From NCBI GenBank assembly GCA_019313695.1, contig JAFDAS010000004.1, forward strand, positions 1-60,685: a DNA stretch of 60,685 nt, in the 5' to 3' direction. The translations under genes and the position numbers were made by a program. Origin of the DNA: Deltaproteobacteria bacterium. GTDB lineage: Bacteria; Desulfobacterota; Syntrophia; Syntrophales; UBA2210. A model generated the notes under the pieces. The model was not told the origin of the DNA. It ran no database searches and saw only the letters and a program-made list of their open reading frames with translations. Within the stretch, counting starts at the first letter, position 1. Every line of letters begins with the position of its first letter. Positions 55,358-60,685 of this stretch are shown here, one piece after another.

Positions 55358-56308
55358 ATGAGAAGAGCGGTCTTAAAAGTTGTTTTGCTGTCTTTATCTG
55401 TCTTGCTGTTTTTCGCGGCGGAGGCGTATTGTGCGTCGTCAAAAACCTATTATCTCCAGGGAAATAAATATTTCTCCAGCAAAAAATACGACAGGGCGAT
55501 AGACAAATATAAAAAAGCTATCAAGACTAATCCCAAGGTTGCCAAATATTATTACAAGCTGGCAGAGGCATACAGGTTGAAGGAATCGGGAGACGAGGCC
55601 ATCCCCTACTATGAGAAAGCGATCACAATCTATCCGGGATACTATTCGGCATACGAGGGCCTTGGCGAGATCTTTTTTAAAAAGGGAGACCGTGAAGAGG
55701 CTATACAATACTACAGGAAAGCCATAGACAAGTGTTCAACCGCCAGTAAAGACCGGTTTTTTCTTGGCAGGATATGCGATATAGAAGGGGACACAGACGG
55801 TGCCATCAGGGAATATGAAAGGGCCATAAAGATACGCCCGGGCTACTTCGAAGCGCTCTCCAATCTTGCCGTGAATTATGCCAAAAAGAGGGAGTTCAAA
55901 AGGGCCGTTTCCTATTATGTGAAGGCGAGAAAGATAAGGCCGTATGATGAACGCGTTGTGGTGGGTCTGGGGATAGCTTATATAAACCTCAGGGAGTTTA
56001 GCAAAGCGCGGAAAATCCTGCTGATCGCGCTTAAGATAAATCTCTTCAACCGTGATACACGATTTTATCTCGGCAGGGCATATTATGGTGCGGGCAATCT
56101 TGATCAGGCTATAAAACAGACTGAGAAAGCCCTGGAGATAAATCCCGGCAATCCGGAGACGCATTTCACATTGGGTCTGTACTATGATAAGAAGGGGTGG
56201 TCTGATATGGCCGCGGCCGAGTACCGCGAGACTCAGCGGCTGGACCCTGACTATATCATGAGAAGGGTGAGGAAGATTGAGAAAAGGGCGAAAGAAAACA
56301 GTAAGTAA
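55358..56308 (+). CDS. secreted tetratricopeptide-repeat (TPR) protein
   Basis: Signal peptide MRRAVLKVVLLSLSVLLFFAAEA, followed by multiple A..YY.KAI..NP-type TPR units. Confidence 0.8.
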   Translation: MRRAVLKVVLLSLSVLLFFAAEAYCASSKTYYLQGNKYFSSKKYDRAIDKYKKAIKTNPKVAKYYYKLAEAYRLKESGDEAIPYYEKAITIYPGYYSAYEGLGEIFFKKGDREEAIQYYRKAIDKCSTASKDRFFLGRICDIEGDTDGAIREYERAIKIRPGYFEALSNLAVNYAKKREFKRAVSYYVKARKIRPYDERVVVGLGIAYINLREFSKARKILLIALKINLFNRDTRFYLGRAYYGAGNLDQAIKQTEKALEINPGNPETHFTLGLYYDKKGWSDMAAAEYRETQRLDPDYIMRRVRKIEKRAKENSK

Positions 56309-56329
56309 AACAGAGGAGATGATTTGAGA

Positions 56330-56920
56330 ATGAACCATAGCGAAATGAGGGCAAGACTGGCACGCATGATAGTGGAGCGCACCTTCCGTTACAGGGATGA
56401 TCCGCCATTTACATTAGTTTCCGGAAAGCAGAGCAACTTTTATTTTAACTGCAAACCCACGACCCTCGATCCGGAGGGAATGAACCTGATAGGAAATATT
56501 ATATTTGATATGCTTGAAGATTCCGGAATCTCAGCGGTTGGAGGACTTACCCTGGGGGCGGATCCGATGGCCAACGCTGTTTCCGTGATATCATATCAGA
56601 GAAATCGGCCCATCAAGGCCTTCATCGTCAGGAAGGATGCCAAGGAACATGGCACAAGGAGCGCGATAGAGGGAAACATAACAGAAGGAGAAAGAGTGGC
56701 TATCCTCGACGATGTTATTACCACGGGGAGATCCACCATAATTGCCATTGAAAAAGCCCAGGGAGCGGGGCTCATCGTTGATCGTGTGATAACACTGATT
56801 GATCGCGAGGAGGAAAGTGGAAGGGAAAACATAGAGCAACATGTAAAGAGGGTCGAATCCATCTTTACGCGGACCGACATAATGGGTCTCTATGAACAAG
56901 AAAGGGGGAATAAGTCATGA
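56330..56920 (+). CDS. pyrE: orotate phosphoribosyltransferase
   Basis: FTLVSGKQSNFYFNCK and the PRPP motif VAILDDVITTGRS. The alternative TTG start at 56324 is closer to the GAGGAG RBS. Confidence 0.9.
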   Translation: MNHSEMRARLARMIVERTFRYRDDPPFTLVSGKQSNFYFNCKPTTLDPEGMNLIGNIIFDMLEDSGISAVGGLTLGADPMANAVSVISYQRNRPIKAFIVRKDAKEHGTRSAIEGNITEGERVAILDDVITTGRSTIIAIEKAQGAGLIVDRVITLIDREEESGRENIEQHVKRVESIFTRTDIMGLYEQERGNKS

Positions 56921-57627
56921 GGAGTGGTAGATCTTTTTTGCTATTTTCTTTTATAACAATTTTTATCCTCACTCTGCCGGGAGCGGTTATAGCCGGTGGG
57001 GACAACAGCCTGACCGTTGCCGGATTTGATTCAGAAAAAATGGAAGAGGGTGCCCCGTCAGGCTGGGAACTGGTTGAGAAAAAGGGGGTTACCAGCCTTG
57101 TTCTTGAAAAGGTAGACGATAGATACGCCCTGCACATGAAAAGCGACAGCAAATCCTCTTTCGGAATAAAAAAAGAAATGGATGTTGAGACAGGGAAATA
57201 CCCCTTTCTTAGTTGGGAATGGAAAGTCACCAGGTTGCCCGTTGGCGCGGATGTCAGGAAGGCCGACACCGATGACCAGGCTATTCAGATATACGTTGCC
57301 TTTAAGCCCACCGGGTGGCCCGCGAAACTGAAAACTCCCACAATAGGTTATATATGGGGAGTGGAGTGTCCTAAAGATGCCGTAGTCACAAGCCCGCAGC
57401 CACTTGCGAGCAAAGTAAGATATATAGTGCTCAGGAACAAGAGCGATAAGTTGAGCGAATGGTATTCTGAGAAGAGAAATCTGGGAGAAGATTACAAAAA
57501 GCTGTTTCCCGACATTGATGGCGGGAAGCCGCGTGATATTGAGGGCATTTCCTTCTATATAAATTCCCAGCACACAAAAAGCGAGGCGGAAAGCTATGTT
57601 TATAATGTTCGATTCAGCAGGGATTAG
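56917..57627 (+). CDS. DUF3047 domain-containing protein
   Basis: Signal peptide. WELVEKKG...YPFLSWEWKV...DDQAIQIYVAF is the DUF3047 pattern. ATGA overlap with pyrE. Confidence 0.75.
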   Translation: MRSGRSFLLFSFITIFILTLPGAVIAGGDNSLTVAGFDSEKMEEGAPSGWELVEKKGVTSLVLEKVDDRYALHMKSDSKSSFGIKKEMDVETGKYPFLSWEWKVTRLPVGADVRKADTDDQAIQIYVAFKPTGWPAKLKTPTIGYIWGVECPKDAVVTSPQPLASKVRYIVLRNKSDKLSEWYSEKRNLGEDYKKLFPDIDGGKPRDIEGISFYINSQHTKSEAESYVYNVRFSRD

Positions 57628-58343
57628 ACCAGTGGGGACAGGTTTAAACCTGTCTCCGATTTTTCCTGTTTCAGCCTTATCTCGTTAACGGCCAGGTGTG
57701 CCTTCCTTGTGGGTTCGGGTAGTCTGTATCCTCTGCAGCTTGACAGGGTTATGTCTATAGCCATGTCAAACCCTATTTTATGCCCCTGTGATACGAAGAC
57801 CGGGTTCACTTTCTTTTTTGTCCGGAGAACGGCGCCCCTTGTTTCACCATTGTGCACAAGGGGAGAGAAATCGCCCGGTTCATTTCCTGCTTCATCGTAT
57901 GACCCGACCAGTCTTGTCTTCGCGCAGCCTATGGATGGTGTGTTGAGAAACAGTCCCATATGAGAGGCAAGACCAATACCCCTCGGATGAGCGATCCCCT
58001 GTCCGTCAAAGATAATGATATCGGGCGAGAGGCTCAGTTTCCGAAAGGCTTCCAGAAGTACGGGTCCCTCTCTGAAGGTAAGTAAACCTGGGATATAGGG
58101 AAAGTCGATCATTCCGCTGGATGACGCCTGCTCGATAATTTCCATGGTTGGAAAATCAAGGATCATAACGACTGCGAAAAAGGTGTTGCTGCCTCTTGAA
58201 TAGGAGATGTCGGCGCCGGCTATTGTTTTTATCTTATCGGGGAGGTTTTCATCGTGAAGGATGAGCTTTCCCCTTAGTTCATTCTGTATCTCTCTGGCTC
58301 TGTCATAGCTGACGTTCCAGTCGTGCGGGTGTTCTATCTTCAT
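57624..58343 (-). CDS. nfi: endonuclease V
   Basis: IAGADISY...YIPGLLTFREGP...IIFDGQGIAHPRGIGLASHMG are conserved Nfi blocks. Confidence 0.9.
   Translation of the reverse strand: MKIEHPHDWNVSYDRAREIQNELRGKLILHDENLPDKIKTIAGADISYSRGSNTFFAVVMILDFPTMEIIEQASSSGMIDFPYIPGLLTFREGPVLLEAFRKLSLSPDIIIFDGQGIAHPRGIGLASHMGLFLNTPSIGCAKTRLVGSYDEAGNEPGDFSPLVHNGETRGAVLRTKKKVNPVFVSQGHKIGFDMAIDITLSSCRGYRLPEPTRKAHLAVNEIRLKQEKSETGLNLSPLV
57630..57661. repeat. palindromic element, copy 1 (CAGTGGGGACAGGTTTAAACCTGTCTCCGATT)
   Basis: 31/32 identical to 58361-58392. Followed on the plus strand by a T-run (GATTTTTCC), so it can act as the terminator of pyrE-DUF3047. Confidence 0.8.
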
Positions 58344-58360
58344 CTTTTGATCATATGTAG

Positions 58361-58392
58361 CAGTGGGGACAGGTTTAAACCTGTCCCCGATT
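58361..58392. repeat. palindromic element, copy 2 (perfect 24-bp palindrome GGGGACAGGTTTAAACCTGTCCCC)
   Basis: Read directly. The ribF stop codon lies in the central TTTAAA. Confidence 0.8.
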
Positions 58393-59325
58393 CTTTTCCG
58401 CGCAGGATGACAGGATTTCCCTGGCTCTTTCGATATCTCTTTTTATCTGCCGGGCAAGTTCTTCGGGGCTTTTGAATTTTATTTCATCACGCAGCCGGTC
58501 TATAAAGAGTATTGTGATATCCCTTCCATATATATCGCCTTCAAAATCGAGCAGATGCACCTCCGCTGAAATCTCTTCGTTGCCGAAAGTGGGGTTGTAG
58601 CCTATATTGATGACGCCCTGGTGCCTGATTCCTTCAAGCTCGGCGATGATAGCATAGACGCCTGTCGCGGGAATTACCTTTTCGGATTTTATGTTGGCCG
58701 TGGGATAGCCGATGTCGGTGCCCCGCCTGTAACCTTCGACGACAGTGCCGCTCACGCCATAGGGTCTTCCCAGCATTTCTGATGCCTGCTTGACATTTCC
58801 GTCAAGTACTGCGAGGCGTATGCCTGTGCTGCCGGCAATGATGCCGTCTGTTTTTACGGCGCCGATTTCCTCTACCTGAAAGCCGAGTTTCCTGCCGGAT
58901 GCCTTTAGAAATTCCGCGTTTCCTCCCTTTCCTTTTCCGAATGCATAGTCATAACCGACAAGCAGTTTGCTTAAACGCAGTTTCTTCCACAGGATATTCT
59001 CTACGAATTCTTCGGCGGTTATCCTGGCAAACTCGATAGAAAATGTAATCAGAATGACGGCATCCACATCGCAGGACTTTATGAGGTCCAGTTTTTCATT
59101 CAGGGGGGTCAGCAGGAAGAAAGGTCTTCTTTCCGGGTGTATGATCTTCTGCGGGTGGGGATCAAAGGTAATGACCACCGACTTTTTATTACTTTCTCTG
59201 GCTTCCCTTACGATTTTTCTGAAGATTTCCCTGTGCCCAAGATGTATGCCGTCGAAGTTGCCTATCGTAACGATGGACCCTGTCAGGTCTTCAGGGATAT
59301 TGTCAATATTTCGTATAATTTTCAT
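58375..59325 (-). CDS. ribF: bifunctional riboflavin kinase / FAD synthetase
   Basis: VTIGNFDGIHLGHREI, the FTFDPHP-like VITFDPHP, and the C-terminal riboflavin kinase block GYPTANI...VHLLDFEGDIYG. Confidence 0.9.
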   Translation of the reverse strand: MKIIRNIDNIPEDLTGSIVTIGNFDGIHLGHREIFRKIVREARESNKKSVVITFDPHPQKIIHPERRPFFLLTPLNEKLDLIKSCDVDAVILITFSIEFARITAEEFVENILWKKLRLSKLLVGYDYAFGKGKGGNAEFLKASGRKLGFQVEEIGAVKTDGIIAGSTGIRLAVLDGNVKQASEMLGRPYGVSGTVVEGYRRGTDIGYPTANIKSEKVIPATGVYAIIAELEGIRHQGVINIGYNPTFGNEEISAEVHLLDFEGDIYGRDITILFIDRLRDEIKFKSPEELARQIKRDIERAREILSSCAEKNRGQV

Positions 59326-59467
59326 AACTCATTCCGTGAAAAGAATCTTTTTGGAAAAACCACTATGTTCCAGAGAAGCACAATAACATGTATGGCATTA
59401 TTTTCAAGGGTAATTTCACTTGACAATATCAGGGTGTATTAAGTATAAGCGTTCCATAGTTTTCAGC

Positions 59468-59554
59468 GCCGAAGTGGCGGAATTGGTAGACGCGCTAGGT
59501 TCAGGGTCTAGTGGGCTTATGCCTGTCCGAGTTCAAATCTCGGCTTCGGCACCA
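59468..59554 (+). tRNA. tRNA-Leu (anticodon CAG), type II with long variable arm and encoded CCA
   Basis: Acceptor GCCGAAG/CTTCGGC, D-arm GCGGAATTGGTAGACGC, anticodon stem-loop CTAGG-TTCAGGG-TCTAG, and T-arm CCGAG-TTCAAAT-CTCGG. Nearly colinear with E. coli tRNA-Leu(CAG). Confidence 0.95.
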
Positions 59555-59704
59555 TAAGAAAATCAGGGAGTTGGCCGTGCTGGTTGACTCCCTTTTTTCT
59601 AAAGGAGAAAAACTGTTAAGTCACGACTTGGCCCGATAAAGGTTATTCCCGGAGAAAACGGCAGCCGATTTCCCCACTGCCGTTCTATTTTTATCGATGA
59701 TGAC

Positions 59705-60553
59705 GTGAAGGTCCTTATTGATCCCGGGGCCGGGTATAGGCGCCTGACTGAATTGAAACAAAAGCACTACATCGACATGGTGTTCAACACGCACTTTCAC
59801 TTCGATCATATCGCTTACAATTATCTTTTCGATGAATCCAGGATTTTCATCAATGAAAAAGAGGCCCCTTGTTTCCGCGACAGGAGAGCGATACCACCAA
59901 TTATCGGCATAGAAGAAGTATACGGGAAGGAATGGGTCGACGGCTGGCTGCAACGGATCGCCGATCCCGCAACCGAGAAAAGTCCTTACTCACCCCAGAA
60001 CAACCATGAATGGTGGCTCTCGACCGCCCGACTGGACGGGGAATACGCATGGGGGGATGTATTGGATTTTGGGAAGGTGAAGATGCATGTCATCGGTGCT
60101 CCGGGACACTCCGGTGGATTCAGTTGCATGTACTTTCCCCGGTACGGCGCGGTCTATGTGGCTGACCTGGACCTCACGCCATTCGGGCCATGGTATTGCG
60201 GGTCCGACGGTGATATAGATCAGTTTATATCATCGTGTCGTATGATAGAGAACATCGATGCCGAATTCTTTATAACAGGCCATGAAGCGGGCATTCTCAG
60301 CAAGGAAGAATTCCGCACAGGTATGGAAGGATATCTGGCGGTTATCGAAGAGAGAGATAAGAAGATTCTCTCAGTCCTGTCCGCGCCCTTTTTACTGGAA
60401 GAAGTGGTTGATCGGGGATTGATATACGGCAGGAAATATCATGTGGATGCCTGGGTATACATGTGGGAGTTCATCACGATCAAGAAACACATCCGAAGGC
60501 TGGAATACCGGCAACGAATATCCCGGGTCGGCGATAGATTTGTCGCCATATAG
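59705..60553 (+). CDS. MBL-fold metallo-hydrolase (start uncertain)
   Basis: VFNTHFHFDHI (HxHxDH) and GAPGHSGG motifs. The frame is open and protein-like back to 59603, but no canonical start lies between 59603 and GTG 59705. Confidence 0.7.
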   Translation: MKVLIDPGAGYRRLTELKQKHYIDMVFNTHFHFDHIAYNYLFDESRIFINEKEAPCFRDRRAIPPIIGIEEVYGKEWVDGWLQRIADPATEKSPYSPQNNHEWWLSTARLDGEYAWGDVLDFGKVKMHVIGAPGHSGGFSCMYFPRYGAVYVADLDLTPFGPWYCGSDGDIDQFISSCRMIENIDAEFFITGHEAGILSKEEFRTGMEGYLAVIEERDKKILSVLSAPFLLEEVVDRGLIYGRKYHVDAWVYMWEFITIKKHIRRLEYRQRISRVGDRFVAI

Positions 60554-60584
60554 GCCAACCCGCATATGACTTTCACCTACCTAT

Positions 60585-60628
60585 ACGTAACATAATCTGT
60601 TTTATCTATTGATAATAGTATGTTACGT
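60585..60628. repeat. 10-bp perfect inverted repeat ACGTAACATA / TATGTTACGT with 24-nt spacer
   Basis: Read directly. Lies in AT-rich DNA near the window end. Confidence 0.6.
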
Positions 60629-60685
60629 TATGTTTATGATTTCACAGTTTCGTTCCCCCGTCAAGGATTATCTGTATTGGTAGCC

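Noticed and set aside
1-60685. Search for defence systems, prophage, integrases, transposases, toxin-antitoxin pairs and CRISPR
   Set aside because: I recognised no integrase, transposase, Cas, restriction-modification, Abi or TA-like protein in any frame. The accessory character of the window is metabolic rather than mobile or defensive.

Overview
This 60.7-kb window is chromosomal and densely coding, with no rRNA, CRISPR array, prophage or recognisable defence locus. The organism looks like an anaerobe that uses selenocysteine: it has a tungsten-type aldehyde:ferredoxin oxidoreductase, a polyferredoxin and an in-frame UGA gene. Taxon is inference only; the small GC-rich REP-like hairpins resemble those common in Desulfobacterota-type genomes.

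Layout:
- 1-3.0 kb: a Se/S and metal-handling string of cysteine desulfurase (5' truncated), DUF3343, a HesB-like selenoprotein with in-frame TGA, CutA, and a permease-HMA fusion.
- 3-22 kb: a large cluster that looks like C2-aminophosphonate (2-AEP-type) or C2-amino-organoacid catabolism. It holds class V and class III aminotransferases, alanine dehydrogenase, a PhnW-like transaminase, MFS, HAD, a CoA-acylating aldehyde dehydrogenase, two divergent citrate-synthase-fold proteins, DMT, Zn-ADH, a TRAP transporter and an orphan PhnD-like binding protein.
- 22-25.6 kb: lipoprotein plus a NarL-type two-component system.
- 25.6-28.2 kb: a patchy region with an MBL hydrolase, ArsC, a decayed QueG-like pseudogene and an 18-bp tandem duplication.
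- 28-38.8 kb: a second phosphonate-flavoured arm with a class III aminotransferase paralogue, a saccharopine-DH-like protein, an Fe3+/AEP-type ABC importer, HAD, a phosphonoacetate-hydrolase-like enzyme and LysR.
- 39-41.8 kb: DUF47-PiT-DUF47 phosphate transporter module.
- 42-49.3 kb: aminotransferase, then AOR-polyferredoxin-unknown-two Fe-ADH paralogues.
- 49.35-56.3 kb: cobalamin riboswitch, then BtuCD-like, TonB-dependent receptor, ExbB/ExbD/TonB and a TPR protein.
- 56.3-60.7 kb: housekeeping genes pyrE, DUF3047, nfi, ribF, tRNA-Leu(CAG) and an MBL hydrolase.

The most interesting signals:
- The acylating ALDH plus the heteromeric citrate-synthase-fold pair embedded in a phosphonate-type cluster that lacks C-P lyase, PhnX and PhnY.
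- A 25-nt box shared by three operon leaders.
- The selenoprotein.
- Several unusual repeat and palindrome elements, including a perfect 29-bp inverted repeat between exbB and exbD and a nested insertion with a 10-bp duplication in a repeat upstream of the ADH paralogues.
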